Part shown: piece after piece, positions 18,989-29,674 of the stretch
Layout of the letters: each line of letters opens with the position of its first letter
Position numbering within the stretch: the first letter of the stretch is position 1
NCBI GenBank assembly: GCA_017461365.1
Contig: JAFTYG010000047.1
Span: forward strand, 9,298-73,297
From: Clostridia bacterium
GTDB lineage: Bacteria; Bacillota; Clostridia; Oscillospirales; CAG-272
Length of the DNA stretch: 64,000 nt
Direction of reading: 5' to 3'
Notes under the pieces: model-generated
What the model saw: only the letters and a program-made list of their open reading frames with translations
Databases searched by the model: none
What the model was told of the DNA's origin: nothing
Translations under genes and position numbers: made by a program

Positions 18989-20035
18989 ATGAAGGCTTGT
19001 GTTTTGCACGGAAATGAAGATCTGCGTTATGAGGAATATCCCACTCCCGAGGTACGCGAGGTTACTGTTCGGGTAAAGGTCAAGGCGGCGGGCATATGCG
19101 GCTCGGACATCCCCCGCGTTTTGGGGGGCGGCGCTCACTTTTACCCCATTGTGCTCGGGCACGAATTTTCGGGTATTATCGACGCTATTGGCGAGGGTGT
19201 TTCGGGACTGTCGGTCGGTGACACGGTCTCGGTAGCGCCTCTTATTCCCTGCATGAGGTGTCCCGACTGCCTTATGGGCAACTACGCTCTTTGCCGTCAT
19301 TACAGCTTTATCGGCTCGCGCGAGCAGGGCGCTTTTGCCGACTACGTTGTTGTTCCCGCGATGAACGTCATAAGGTACGATCCCTCAATTCCCTTTGAGC
19401 AGGCGGCGATGTTCGAGCCCTCGACAGTGGCTCTTCACGGGCTTTTGATTTCGGGCTATACGGGCGGAGACTGTGTGGCTATTTTAGGCGGCGGAACTAT
19501 CGGACTTTTTACGATGCAATGGGCGAAGATATTCGGCTCGCGTCGGGTAGTGGTATTCGACATCGTCCCCGAGCGGTTAGAGCTTGCTTTGCGTCTCGGG
19601 GCTGACGCTGTTGTGAACACGGCGACGGAGGACGTATCCGCGCGTGTTGCGGCCTTGACGGACGGTCGGGGCTTTGGACGCGTATTCGAGACGGCGGGAA
19701 ATCCCGTGACCTCTAAGATGGCATTTTCGGTCGCTTCCAACGGCGCGTCTGTCTGCTTTATCGGAACGCCCACAAAAAGCATTGAGTTCTCTCCTAAGGA
19801 ATGGGAGCTTCTCAACCGAAAGGGGCTTCATCTTACGGGCTCATGGATGAGCTATTCCGCGTCATTCCCCGGAAAGGAATGGGAGCTGACGGCGCATTAT
19901 TTTGCGACGGGGCAATTGAAGTTTGACGATGCTCTTATTGACAGACGTTTTCCGATGAGGGATGCGGCTCGCGCGTTTGAGCTTTACAAGACGCCCCATG
20001 CGGTCAAGGGAAAGCTGATGCTTTTTAATGAATAG
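18989..20035 (+). CDS. Galactitol-1-phosphate 5-dehydrogenase-like zinc dehydrogenase
   Basis: GICGSD, LGHEFSG, CxxCxxC...C zinc site, GGGTIG, GSWMSYS...EWE. Confidence 0.8.
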   Translation: MKACVLHGNEDLRYEEYPTPEVREVTVRVKVKAAGICGSDIPRVLGGGAHFYPIVLGHEFSGIIDAIGEGVSGLSVGDTVSVAPLIPCMRCPDCLMGNYALCRHYSFIGSREQGAFADYVVVPAMNVIRYDPSIPFEQAAMFEPSTVALHGLLISGYTGGDCVAILGGGTIGLFTMQWAKIFGSRRVVVFDIVPERLELALRLGADAVVNTATEDVSARVAALTDGRGFGRVFETAGNPVTSKMAFSVASNGASVCFIGTPTKSIEFSPKEWELLNRKGLHLTGSWMSYSASFPGKEWELTAHYFATGQLKFDDALIDRRFPMRDAARAFELYKTPHAVKGKLMLFNE

Positions 20036-20042
20036 CTAATAC

Positions 20043-20080
20043 AAAAAGCTTGTCGACAAGGTATAGCGACAAGCTTTTTT
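20043..20080. terminator. Bidirectional terminator
   Basis: AAAAAGCTTGTCG...CGACAAGCTTTTT between convergent genes. Confidence 0.8.
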
Positions 20081-20083
20081 ATA

Positions 20084-21532
20084 TTAAGATCTATTCATTC
20101 TTTTTTGTTTACGGAGCGTTTTACGTTCTGCTTTTTCGGTTTTCATTATAGCGGTATATTCCTTTAATGACCTCAGCGCCTGTCCTCCCATGGGAATAAC
20201 GGCGATAAGGTTAAACACGGTCATAAGCGCGATACCTATATCTCCCATATCCCAAACAAATGTATAAGCCGCGATACCGCCTATAAAGAGCATTACAAGC
20301 GTGAATATCTTATATATGGTCTGCGAGGTCCAATTGTCTCCGAACAGATACGCCACGTTTGAGCGCGCGTAGAAAAGTATTCCGATAAAGGTCGAAAAGC
20401 TGAACAAAAACAGCACTATGGCGATAAATACCACACCCACTGTACCGAAATGGTACTGCATAGCCGTTTGCAACAGATCCATACCCTCAAGTCCCGCAAC
20501 AACGTTTTCGGGAACGAGAAGCATTATCATAGCGGTACAGGTGCAGATAACGATGGTATCTATAATTACGCCGAACGCCTGAAACAGTCCTGACTTTGCG
20601 GGGTGTGAGGTCTCTGCCGCCGCTGCCGCGCAGGGCGCTGAGCCCGAGCCCGCCTCGTTCGAAAACAGACCTCTCTTGACGCCGTTCATAACAGCCGCTC
20701 CGACGCCTCCCGCCACGACCTGACGGAGTCCGAACGCTTCCTTGAAGATACGCTCGAATACCGAGGGCATAAGCGTGATATTTTTGATCATGACGAAGAG
20801 TGTAAGTCCGAAGTAAAGCACTGCCATTATCGGAACGATTATATCAAGCACCTTTACCGTAGTATTTTTACGCAGGATGATGACTGCCGCCAACGCGACA
20901 AGAATTATCGAGCTTATCCAAGGGCTTATTCCGAATGCGTTTTCAAAGGAGGAGGTCACGGAATTACTTACGACCTGACTTACTCCGCCCCAACAGATAA
21001 GTCCCGATATTGCGAAAAGAATGGCGATGATGCTTTTTTTCTTTTTACCCGCGAAGAAATTATGTATATAGTATGCGGGGCCTCCGCGGTAGCCTCCGTA
21101 AAGGGGATCCTTTTCTTTATGTATCTGCGCAAGCGTTGCTTCGACAAATGCGGTAGATGCGCCTATGATCGCCGTCACCCACATCCAGAACACTGCGCCC
21201 GCGCCTCCGAGTGAGATCGCAGCGACAACGCCTACGAGGTTGCCCATTCCTACTCTTGTAGCGGTCGAAACGATGAGCGCCTGCCATCCCGAGATAGCGT
21301 TTTTTTCTCCGTTTTTCTTTTTATCGTTTTTCTCTACCGATATGCGCAGCATTTCCGGAAACATACGGATAGGAAGGAGCTTGGTTCTTATAGTAAAATA
21401 AATTCCCGTGGGTATCAGAAGAAGTATCAGAAGAGATATTCCGATGGAAGATCCTCCCGGGAGAGGAATTGCGAAGAGCTCTCCCCAGAATATGTTATAA
21501 ATAAAGCTGATAATGTTTTTTACGATCTGCAT
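20084..21532 (-). CDS. Alanine/glycine:cation symporter (AGCS family)
   Basis: RVGMGNLVGV, GAVFWMW, GGPAYYI, RGLFSNEAGSGS. Confidence 0.92.
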   Translation of the reverse strand: MQIVKNIISFIYNIFWGELFAIPLPGGSSIGISLLILLLIPTGIYFTIRTKLLPIRMFPEMLRISVEKNDKKKNGEKNAISGWQALIVSTATRVGMGNLVGVVAAISLGGAGAVFWMWVTAIIGASTAFVEATLAQIHKEKDPLYGGYRGGPAYYIHNFFAGKKKKSIIAILFAISGLICWGGVSQVVSNSVTSSFENAFGISPWISSIILVALAAVIILRKNTTVKVLDIIVPIMAVLYFGLTLFVMIKNITLMPSVFERIFKEAFGLRQVVAGGVGAAVMNGVKRGLFSNEAGSGSAPCAAAAAETSHPAKSGLFQAFGVIIDTIVICTCTAMIMLLVPENVVAGLEGMDLLQTAMQYHFGTVGVVFIAIVLFLFSFSTFIGILFYARSNVAYLFGDNWTSQTIYKIFTLVMLFIGGIAAYTFVWDMGDIGIALMTVFNLIAVIPMGGQALRSLKEYTAIMKTEKAERKTLRKQKRMNRS

Positions 21533-21661
21533 AAAATTTACCTTTCAATTTTTTTAAAATGTCTTGCATTCGCCTCCCTTATATTGTATAATATATTTGT
21601 CCATTTGTCAAATTGATAGTTTTTATTATTATCATAAATTTTATTGATAACGGAGGAAGTT

Positions 21662-22546
21662 ATGGATCTGCGCTGTCTTAATACATTTATACACGTTGCC
21701 GAGCTTTCGAGTTTTACGCGCGCGGCGGAAAGGCTTGGATATTCTCAGCCCACGATCTCGTTCCACATAAAGCAGCTTGAGGATGAGGTGGGCGAGAAGC
21801 TGTTTGAGCGTATCGGACACACTGTAACGCTTACCGCCAAGGGGCAAAGTATTCTTGAATATGCCATGACGATAAACAGGCTTACCGAGGAGATGCTGAC
21901 TGAGGGCAAGGGCTGCGGTGAGCCTGCGGGACTTATACGAATTGCGATGGCAGATTCCCTATGCACGCCCGTCATACTCGGGCGTTTTGCCGAGTTCCGA
22001 AGAAGTCATCCGCATATATCCCTCAAAATTACAACTGTGGGAACAGACGAAATGTTCAGGATGATAGATCACAACGAGACCGACGTACTTTGCACACTTG
22101 ACAGTCACATATACAGCGCGTCGTACGTTATATCCGAGGAGGAGCGGATAGAGGCGCATTTTGTATGCTCGTCGGACTATCCTTTGCCGAGCGCTGAGCA
22201 AATAAGTATTACGGAGCTTTTGGGGGAGCCATTTTTACTTACCGAGAAAGGAATGAGCTACCGACGTATGCTTGACGAATTTCTTGCAAAGAATTCCATC
22301 GAGATAGTTCCCTCGCTTGAGCTCGGAAACGCCGACGTGCTCTGCAAGCTCGTCTGTGAGGGCGAGGGCATATCGCTTCTTCCCGATTACGTTACCGAAG
22401 AGGCGGTAAGGGCAAAGAAAATGAAAAGACTTGAAATAAACGACTTTCGCCCCGAGCTATGGAAGCAGGTAATATATCACCGAGACAAGTGGCTCTCGCC
22501 TCAGATGAAAGCCGTTCTCGAATTTTTGTCTGATAATATCATATAA
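21662..22546 (+). CDS. LysR family regulator
   Basis: SFTRAAERLGYSQPTISFHIKQLE..VGEKLFER; divergent from the AGCS gene. Confidence 0.93.
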   Translation: MDLRCLNTFIHVAELSSFTRAAERLGYSQPTISFHIKQLEDEVGEKLFERIGHTVTLTAKGQSILEYAMTINRLTEEMLTEGKGCGEPAGLIRIAMADSLCTPVILGRFAEFRRSHPHISLKITTVGTDEMFRMIDHNETDVLCTLDSHIYSASYVISEEERIEAHFVCSSDYPLPSAEQISITELLGEPFLLTEKGMSYRRMLDEFLAKNSIEIVPSLELGNADVLCKLVCEGEGISLLPDYVTEEAVRAKKMKRLEINDFRPELWKQVIYHRDKWLSPQMKAVLEFLSDNII

Positions 22547-22661
22547 TCAAACAAAAATTTGAAGCACTATATCATAGATTTGTTTTCTTTGAGCAAGAAC
22601 CTTGTTCTTGCCACGGAGCAACGCGGAGTAGGCTTACATTTTCTTTTTCAAAAGAAAAGTA

Positions 22662-22693
22662 GGGGCGGTCTCACGCTTTTGTGAGACCGCCTC
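22662..22693. terminator. Hairpin between convergent lysR and gap
   Basis: GGGGCGGTCTCAC...GTGAGACCGCCTC with an upstream A-run that gives a T tail on the minus strand. Confidence 0.7.
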
Positions 22694-22717
22694 AAAATAT
22701 TGCGAGTTAATCTTAAA

Positions 22718-23743
22718 TTAGTTAAGCTCTGCGAAGTACTTGATCGTACGAACCATCTGGCTTGTGTAGGAGTTCTCGTTGTCGTACCAAGCAACTACCT
22801 GTACCTGATATGTGTCGTCGTCGATCTTTGCAACCATTGTCTGAGTTGCATCGAAGAGAGAGCCGTAACGCATACCGATAACGTCGGAGGATACGATCTC
22901 CTCTGTGTTGTAACCGAAGGACTCGGTTGCAGCAGCCTTCATTGCAGCGTTGATGCCGTCAACAGTTACGTCCTTACCCTTTACAACTGCAACAAGGATA
23001 GTTGTAGAACCTGTGCAGGTAGGAACTCTCTGTGCGGAACCGATGAGCTTGCCGTTGAGCTCGGGGATAACAAGGCCGATAGCCTTAGCTGCGCCTGTGG
23101 AGTTAGGAACGATGTTCTGTGCGCCTGCGCGTGCTCTTCTGAGGTCGCCCTTTCTGTGAGGACCGTCGAGGATCATCTGGTCACCTGTGTAAGCGTGAAC
23201 AGTGGTCATGATACCGCTCTGAATGGGAGCGTAGTCGTTAAGAGCCTTAGCCATAGGAGCGAGGCAGTTTGTTGTGCAGGATGCAGCGGAGATGATCTGG
23301 TCATCTGCTGTAAGAGTCTGGTTGTTTACGTTGTAAACGATGGTCTTGAGGTCCTTGCCTGCGGGAGCAGAGATAACGACCTTCTTAGCGCCTGCGTTGA
23401 TGTGAGCCATGGACTTGTCCTTGGAGCAGTAGAAACCTGTGCACTCGAGAACAACGTCAACGCCGAGCTCGCCCCAAGGGCAGTTTGCAGCGTCCTTTTC
23501 AGCATAGATCTTGAGAGTCTTGCCGTCAACTGTGATCGTACCTGCCTCGTCGTCAGCCTCTACAGTGTGGCCCATTGCAAGGTAGTTACCCTGAGCGGTG
23601 TCATACTTGAGAAGGTGAGCGAGCATCTTGGGGCTGGTAAGGTCGTTGATAGCGACAACCTCGTAGCCTTCTGCACCAAACATCTGTCTGAATGCGAGAC
23701 GGCCGATACGGCCAAAGCCGTTAATAGCAACTTTTACTGACAT
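22718..23743 (-). CDS. gap: Type I glyceraldehyde-3-phosphate dehydrogenase
   Basis: [26 protein letters not shown]. Confidence 0.98.
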   Translation of the reverse strand: MSVKVAINGFGRIGRLAFRQMFGAEGYEVVAINDLTSPKMLAHLLKYDTAQGNYLAMGHTVEADDEAGTITVDGKTLKIYAEKDAANCPWGELGVDVVLECTGFYCSKDKSMAHINAGAKKVVISAPAGKDLKTIVYNVNNQTLTADDQIISAASCTTNCLAPMAKALNDYAPIQSGIMTTVHAYTGDQMILDGPHRKGDLRRARAGAQNIVPNSTGAAKAIGLVIPELNGKLIGSAQRVPTCTGSTTILVAVVKGKDVTVDGINAAMKAAATESFGYNTEEIVSSDVIGMRYGSLFDATQTMVAKIDDDTYQVQVVAWYDNENSYTSQMVRTIKYFAELN

Positions 23744-24101
23744 GGTAAAAATCCTCCATTATATAAAAAATTTTTTGACTTTTTTGAAAACGGGCGCACC
23801 TAGGGCAAGCCGCGCGTTATCAATTATATATTTTAACTCATTTTTGCCAAATATGCAAGCGTTTTGGCGAAATTTTCTAATTTTTGTTAGCTTGTACGAT
23901 TTTTAATGATTATTTTTGTAAAAATCGTTAAAATTACCACAATGTTATATATCAAATACGGCGCGTGGCGCGCTATAAAAAGCGGGAAGCTGTCTCGGTT
24001 GCTTTTTTGAGGCAGCTCCCCGCGGGAGATATTAAGTGTCTTTGGTTTTACAGAGCGTCGATAACAATCCCTACGGTCTTATTTAACAAAGCTACCGACT
24101 C

Positions 24102-24530
24102 TTACTTTAAGGTATTGAAATACTCCTTATTATCCATTACATATCCTCTGATACCGAAGAAGTAGAAGAGCGAGCCCGCTATACCTATAACTCCGCCGAA
24201 GATGAGGTTATAGATAAATACGATTATCGGGCCTGTGAGCGGCTCATACGCCTTGACGAGACCTACGCGGTAGGTCATGAGCGTATTGCTCGTTTTGATG
24301 TCGCGTACAGCCGAGATGATATTGAGTATTCCGACTACTGCGCATACAAAGGTGCAGACCTGACAGATGCCGATGATGAGCCAGATGATGCCGTTGATCT
24401 TTATCCTCTTTGCAAGCTCTTTGAGCTTATCGTCGGACATAGTATTAACGTTGTCCATCGCGCTGTTGCAATTGGTGCATATTTGCGCCGACTCATCCAT
24501 ACCGTAGCCACAGGTTTTACAAAATTTCAT
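24102..24530 (-). CDS. Zinc-ribbon membrane protein
   Basis: CKTCG...CTNC N-terminus followed by hydrophobic helices. Confidence 0.7.
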   Translation of the reverse strand: MKFCKTCGYGMDESAQICTNCNSAMDNVNTMSDDKLKELAKRIKINGIIWLIIGICQVCTFVCAVVGILNIISAVRDIKTSNTLMTYRVGLVKAYEPLTGPIIVFIYNLIFGGVIGIAGSLFYFFGIRGYVMDNKEYFNTLK

Positions 24531-24635
24531 AAAATTGTCCTCCTAAGATCAAGTGATGTACCAATTGTACCATACGGATATGATCTCTGTCAATGCTTTT
24601 TTCGGAAGTTTTTACGAAATTTTACTTTTTTCGAC

Positions 24636-24980
24636 TCAATCGAGGACTATCGACTTCTTTTTTCCGTTTTTGCCTCGGGGATATTCTCTTATTCTTGTTA
24701 TAAAGTCAAGGTTTACGGCTTCGAGCGTTCCGTTCTTTTCAACCAGCACAGCTCCGTCGCTGACCTCCTTTACGGTTACGCCGTCAAGCTGTGAATTGAG
24801 GGTATAAATTATACATTCTTTATCTATAAATCTTTTTGCGAGCTCTGTCATTTGCGTTTTTTCTCCTTTGCTCCTTCGTTTGGCGTTTATTATACGGCGC
24901 ACTGTTGCTCTTTCGTTACTTTTTTTGATAAAGATAACGATGAACAGAACAATAAACAGTATAAAAAATTCAGATCTCAT
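24636..24980 (-). CDS. Hypothetical membrane-anchored protein
   Basis: SD AGGAG before ATG 24980; N-terminal TM; VNLDFITRIREYP C-terminus. Confidence 0.65.
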   Translation of the reverse strand: MRSEFFILFIVLFIVIFIKKSNERATVRRIINAKRRSKGEKTQMTELAKRFIDKECIIYTLNSQLDGVTVKEVSDGAVLVEKNGTLEAVNLDFITRIREYPRGKNGKKKSIVLD

Positions 24981-25000
24981 ATTTGCTCCTTTATTTAATC

Positions 25001-25024
25001 GTAGGGGCGACCTGCGGTCGCCCG
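25001..25024 (+). repeat. GTAG-type REP element
   Basis: GTAG followed by palindrome GGGCGACC-tgc-GGTCGCCC. Confidence 0.7.
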
Positions 25025-25146
25025 TCATCATAACGATAGCCGATTGTTTTCGGTGAAGAAAACCCAACGCCCTGCTACCGCGTTTTTTGCGCAAATACAA
25101 ATACGAGCTGCCCTGTTTTGCAAGACAGCTCGTTGGATGTTCTAAA

Positions 25147-26499
25147 TTAAACTGCGCCCTGAGCCTTCATAGCCTCAGCAACCTTTACGAAGCCCGCGAT
25201 ATTAGCGCCTGCTACAAGGTCATCACCGAGACCGTATTCATGAGCCGCATTGATAGAGTTGTTGAAGATGTTCTTCATGATCATATGAAGCTTCTCGTCA
25301 ACCTCTTCCTCTGTCCAGCTATAACGCATAGAGTTCTGAGACATCTCAAGTCCGGATACGGAAACGCCGCCTGCGTTAACTGCCTTGGAGGGAGCAACGA
25401 TAACACCGTTTGCCTTAAGGTAAGCTATTGCCTCGTTTGTTGTAGGCATATTGGATACCTCAACGTAGTACTTAACGCCGTTTGCAACTATCTGCTCAGC
25501 CTCAGCCATTCCAACCTCATTCTGAGTTGCGCAGGGCATAAGGATGTCTGCCTTTACGCCCCAAGGCTTCTTGCCTGCGAAGAACTCAACGCCGAACTTA
25601 TCTGCGTAGTCCTGAACTCTGTTGCGGCAGGATGCTCTCATCTCGAGCATATAATCGATCTTTTCCTTTGTATTGATACCGTCGGGATCGTAAACGTATC
25701 CGTCGGGGCCCGAAATGGTAACTACCTTACCGCCGAGCTCTGTGATCTTGGATACTGTACCCCAAGCAACGTTACCGAAGCCAGATACTGCGAATGTCTT
25801 GCCCTTGATCTCGTCCTTGAAGTAGTTAAGAAGCTCTACTGTGTAGTAAACAGCTCCGTAGCCTGTTGCCTCGGGACGGATGAGCGAGCCGCCGTAAGGA
25901 AGTCCCTTACCTGTGAGAACGCCTGTGAACTCGTTACGAATTCTCTTATACTGACCGAAGAGGTAGCCTACCTCACGCGCGCCTACACCGATGTCGCCTG
26001 CGGGAACGTCTGTGTCAGGTCCTATGTACTTGCAGAGCTCTGTCATAAAGCTCTGGCAGAAGCGCATTACCTCTGCGTCGGACTTACCCTGAGGATCGAA
26101 GTCGGATCCGCCCTTACCGCCGCCCATAGGCAGAGATGTGAGGGAGTTCTTGAAGGTCTGCTCAAATCCGAGGAACTTGATGATGCTCTCGTTTACTGTG
26201 GGATGGAAACGGAGACCGCCCTTGTAAGGACCTATTGCGCTGTTGAACTGAATTCTGAAGCCGCGGTTTACCTGCACGTTGCCCTTATCGTCTGTCCACG
26301 GAACGCGGAACTTGATAATTCTTTCGGGCTCGACCATTCTCTCAAGAACGCCCGACGTGATGTAATCGGGGCGAGCTTCGATAACGGGCTCGATAGACTC
26401 GAGGACCTCTTTTACTGTCTGGTGGAACTCAGGCTCGTTAGGATTTCTCTTAACGACTCTTTCCATCAATTCGTTGAGATACTGATTTTTAAAACTCAT
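25147..26499 (-). CDS. gdhA: NADP-specific glutamate dehydrogenase
   Basis: GPYKGGLRFHP, LPMGGGKGGSDF, DVPAGDIGVG, RPEATGYG. Confidence 0.98.
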   Translation of the reverse strand: MSFKNQYLNELMERVVKRNPNEPEFHQTVKEVLESIEPVIEARPDYITSGVLERMVEPERIIKFRVPWTDDKGNVQVNRGFRIQFNSAIGPYKGGLRFHPTVNESIIKFLGFEQTFKNSLTSLPMGGGKGGSDFDPQGKSDAEVMRFCQSFMTELCKYIGPDTDVPAGDIGVGAREVGYLFGQYKRIRNEFTGVLTGKGLPYGGSLIRPEATGYGAVYYTVELLNYFKDEIKGKTFAVSGFGNVAWGTVSKITELGGKVVTISGPDGYVYDPDGINTKEKIDYMLEMRASCRNRVQDYADKFGVEFFAGKKPWGVKADILMPCATQNEVGMAEAEQIVANGVKYYVEVSNMPTTNEAIAYLKANGVIVAPSKAVNAGGVSVSGLEMSQNSMRYSWTEEEVDEKLHMIMKNIFNNSINAAHEYGLGDDLVAGANIAGFVKVAEAMKAQGAV

Positions 26500-26714
26500 C
26501 TTTGGTTTACCTTCCCTTTTTAAAAAATTTTAATTGATGATGTTTTGTAATTGCAAAATGAAAGTCGATCTTCTCGGTCTTGCAAAGCGCACAGCTCGGA
26601 AAAGAACTTCGTTTCAACGGATATATTATATCACAGCTTTTTTTGCCTGTCAATAATATTTTTTCAATTATCGGCAGTTTTTGCAAGTTTTTTACTTAAA
26701 ATTTCATTTACCGC

Positions 26715-27446
26715 CTATTTACGGCGCGACCTTGTCTGACTGTTATAGGTTCCGACGAAGAATATTTTTCTCAGTGAGTCTTTGAGCGGCTTGACTATCG
26801 CTATTATTATGAGCATCATTCCGAACAAAAAGAGCGAGACGAACGAGCAGCTCGACCACACCACGGGAGACACCACGTCGAAGGTGACGAATATCAAAAG
26901 CTCTATGAGCATGGTCCACGCTCCGAGCGCGATAAGTCCTCCTCCGACGGCATAAAGTCTTCCCTTTTTCAGGTATTTCAAGAGCGCCACCTCAAAGGTA
27001 ACGATAAGTCCGAGCACTGCGGTTATCGGCAAAGCGAAGGTCAGAAACCAATTTCCCTCCACCTGAAAGTTTATATACCACAAAAAGAGCGCGGCGGCGG
27101 CAAAATCACACGCCGTAAAGGTGACGGGCTCGGGCTTTTTGAACCAGAACGGCAATACAAATACAATATATGCGAGCAGTATTCCTCCCGCCACATATCC
27201 CGACCAGCCGACGCGGTCAAGCCACGTCAGCTCGAACAGAAGCGGTATTGCCATAGCGACGGCGGCTATCACCGTGATGACGAAAAGCACGCCTTTGGGG
27301 TTGAACTCCTCCGAGCTGAATTCCTTTTTGGGGTAGGTATCGATATTTTCGGTTACGGGAAAATCGGGATGATATACTCTCGTTTCGCATATTGGGCAGA
27401 CCTTTTGTCCGTCGGAAAGGTGAGCTCCGCATTTTATACAGTACAT
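26715..27446 (-). CDS. Zinc-ribbon multi-pass membrane protein (DUF6320-like)
   Basis: CIKCG...CPIC then about 6 TM helices; translationally coupled to the upstream gene. Confidence 0.7.
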   Translation of the reverse strand: MYCIKCGAHLSDGQKVCPICETRVYHPDFPVTENIDTYPKKEFSSEEFNPKGVLFVITVIAAVAMAIPLLFELTWLDRVGWSGYVAGGILLAYIVFVLPFWFKKPEPVTFTACDFAAAALFLWYINFQVEGNWFLTFALPITAVLGLIVTFEVALLKYLKKGRLYAVGGGLIALGAWTMLIELLIFVTFDVVSPVVWSSCSFVSLFLFGMMLIIIAIVKPLKDSLRKIFFVGTYNSQTRSRRK

Positions 27447-29674
27447 TATTTTCCTCCTCTCGTGTTGCTTTCGACCACGGCGTCGAGCTCTATCTCACGA
27501 AACACCTTATGCATCTCATATTCGAGGACCGGCTCGCTTACGTTTCTTATGATGTTGAGGTACAGCTTTCCTTTATAGGTCACCGCCGAGGTATTATACG
27601 GCGCGGTCGACTGTACGCCGATGACGAAATCCATACGGTCTATCCTTTTGTCAAGCTCCTCGGGCAGGCTGACCACTCCGAGGTTTGAAAAGCTGAACGA
27701 TGATTTTCTCTCTCCGACGGCATTGAAGGCGAGGCGCATAACTATATTTTTGATAAACAGCGGTGTTATGCGGTTGATGACGGGCTTTTCGTTTCCCACG
27801 TTGGTAGCTATCATTGCCGCCATATTCTTCTCGGTGATCTCAAGGCTCATCTGCTTTGAGATTATTCCGCAGATCTCGTCAAAGGTATAATCTCCGAGCG
27901 CGGGATCTATACCCGGGCAGGCATAGAGCATAAAGTTACGCAGTGTGCTCGACGGAAAGATCTTACGCAGATTTACGGGTACAAGTATTTTTATGGGCTT
28001 TTGCTTTTTTCTGTCAGGGATACGTCTCTCCTGTATCCTTAGCGTTGCGACCGTCAGCACGGCGACAAGGTAGGCGGTGACTGTTACGCCCCTTTTTTTG
28101 GCTTCCCTATGCACCGTATCGGCGTCAAGGATAAAGGTGGTATTCGTTTTAAAGCCGTCGGCTTCGCGCTTGCCCTTTATCTTAAAGCAATCGGTATTTT
28201 GTCTCGACGCTTTCTTTGGCCCTGCGTACTTAAAGAAGCTGTCCTCGAGCTCCTTTTTCGAGGGATTTTCAAGTCGGTCGAGTATTCCGTTTCCCGTGGG
28301 GACTCTGACGTTTTCCTTTTGATAAAGGTATTCAGCAAGGAGTGTCTTTAAGAACACGAGCGCTCCGTTTCCGTCGGTGACGGCATGAAAGAATTCTATG
28401 GCAAGTCTCTTTTTATACACGATCACACGGAAAGCGCATTTTCTTATATCGTCAAATGGCATTCTTGCAAGCGGATAGGGCTTTTCGTCGATTATTTTCG
28501 GGGCTTTTGGTATCTCCTCGAGGTAGTACCAGAAAACTCCCGTTTTTATTCTTACGGCGATAGAAGGAAATCTTCTGACGGTGACGTCGAGCGCGGCGGC
28601 AAGGCTTTGCATATCAATATCCTCGGAAAAGGTAGCGGAGAGACGGAACACGTTATTCCAATTTCTCTTTCTCGATGCGGGGAATATTTTTGCCGCGTTA
28701 TCAAGCAGGAGCCAACGGAGCTTTTTCTGGCTCGGTATCTTTTCTTTGAGGAATTTTCCTATTTTTTCGAGGTCGGAGCGGTTCTCCTTCAGCCCGTACA
28801 GTACGTATCCGTGCCACATTCCCGAAGCGACGACAAGTCGGCTCTCCGCGCCCGAGGCTATAAGCTTTTCGTGCATCAGTACGGCGTCGTCGAGCATTAT
28901 CTCGTCTCCTCCGACGAATATGAGTGACGGGGGCATTCCCTTTGTCTTTCCGAAGAGCGGAGACATTCTCGGATCGCGCTTTATTTCTCTGTCGGCATCG
29001 GCGTCGGGATTTTCGATAGGCTCTGCGCGCCCTATATCGGCGCTTTCAGTACCGTAAACGTAAAGGTCGGCGTAAAATTTAAGCCTCTGCTTTGTCATTG
29101 ACGGATCAGCCTTTTCGTTTTTTTCGTAGGACGCTCCCGAGGCGGTAAGGTCTGTCCACGGAGATATAGCTATGATGCCTGCGGGCAACGTTCTTCCCTT
29201 TTCCGCGAGCTTCTGACAGAGCGAATAGCAAAGTCCGCCTCCCGCGCTTTCTCCGCAGAGTATCATCTGCGACGGATCGTAGCCTGCGGATATGAGGTAT
29301 CCGTAAGCATCCGTAGCGTCGTCGAGAGCGGTGGGAAAGGTATGCTCAGGCGCGAGTCTGTATTCGGGACAAAGGACGCGGATGCCGAAGCGCGCCGCAA
29401 GCACTGTTCCGAAGCCTTTGGCGTAATTGAGGTTGCCCGACGTATATCCTCCTCCGTGAAGGTAGAGAATGACGCCTCCCGAGAGCTCGTTTTTCGGGGT
29501 GATCATCGCCGCGGTGAAGTCACCTACGGTGATCGTCTCGCTTGTAACATCGTTTTTATAGGAGCGCGCCATAAATCTACCCAGCGTATCCTGTCTTTTA
29601 CGCATGGACTCAAGAGTTGAACTTGACATCATAGGCTTCATAAGCCTTAGCTGCGAACGCAAAAATTTTTTCAT
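27446..29674 (-). CDS. Fusion of HSL-family esterase and alcohol-acetyltransferase/condensation-like acyltransferase
   Basis: N-half HGGG, GESAGG, ISPWTDL, GMWHG; C-half LDNAAKIFP and FFHAVTDGNG (HxxxDG). Confidence 0.8.
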   Translation of the reverse strand: MKKFLRSQLRLMKPMMSSSTLESMRKRQDTLGRFMARSYKNDVTSETITVGDFTAAMITPKNELSGGVILYLHGGGYTSGNLNYAKGFGTVLAARFGIRVLCPEYRLAPEHTFPTALDDATDAYGYLISAGYDPSQMILCGESAGGGLCYSLCQKLAEKGRTLPAGIIAISPWTDLTASGASYEKNEKADPSMTKQRLKFYADLYVYGTESADIGRAEPIENPDADADREIKRDPRMSPLFGKTKGMPPSLIFVGGDEIMLDDAVLMHEKLIASGAESRLVVASGMWHGYVLYGLKENRSDLEKIGKFLKEKIPSQKKLRWLLLDNAAKIFPASRKRNWNNVFRLSATFSEDIDMQSLAAALDVTVRRFPSIAVRIKTGVFWYYLEEIPKAPKIIDEKPYPLARMPFDDIRKCAFRVIVYKKRLAIEFFHAVTDGNGALVFLKTLLAEYLYQKENVRVPTGNGILDRLENPSKKELEDSFFKYAGPKKASRQNTDCFKIKGKREADGFKTNTTFILDADTVHREAKKRGVTVTAYLVAVLTVATLRIQERRIPDRKKQKPIKILVPVNLRKIFPSSTLRNFMLYACPGIDPALGDYTFDEICGIISKQMSLEITEKNMAAMIATNVGNEKPVINRITPLFIKNIVMRLAFNAVGERKSSFSFSNLGVVSLPEELDKRIDRMDFVIGVQSTAPYNTSAVTYKGKLYLNIIRNVSEPVLEYEMHKVFREIELDAVVESNTRGGK

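Noticed and set aside
22700-23740. 346-aa ORF antisense to gap
   Set aside because: Shadow frame caused by codon bias of a highly expressed gene; no SD or motifs.
25087-26523. 478-aa ORF antisense to gdhA
   Set aside because: Well-known antisense shadow of GDH genes; no independent evidence of coding.
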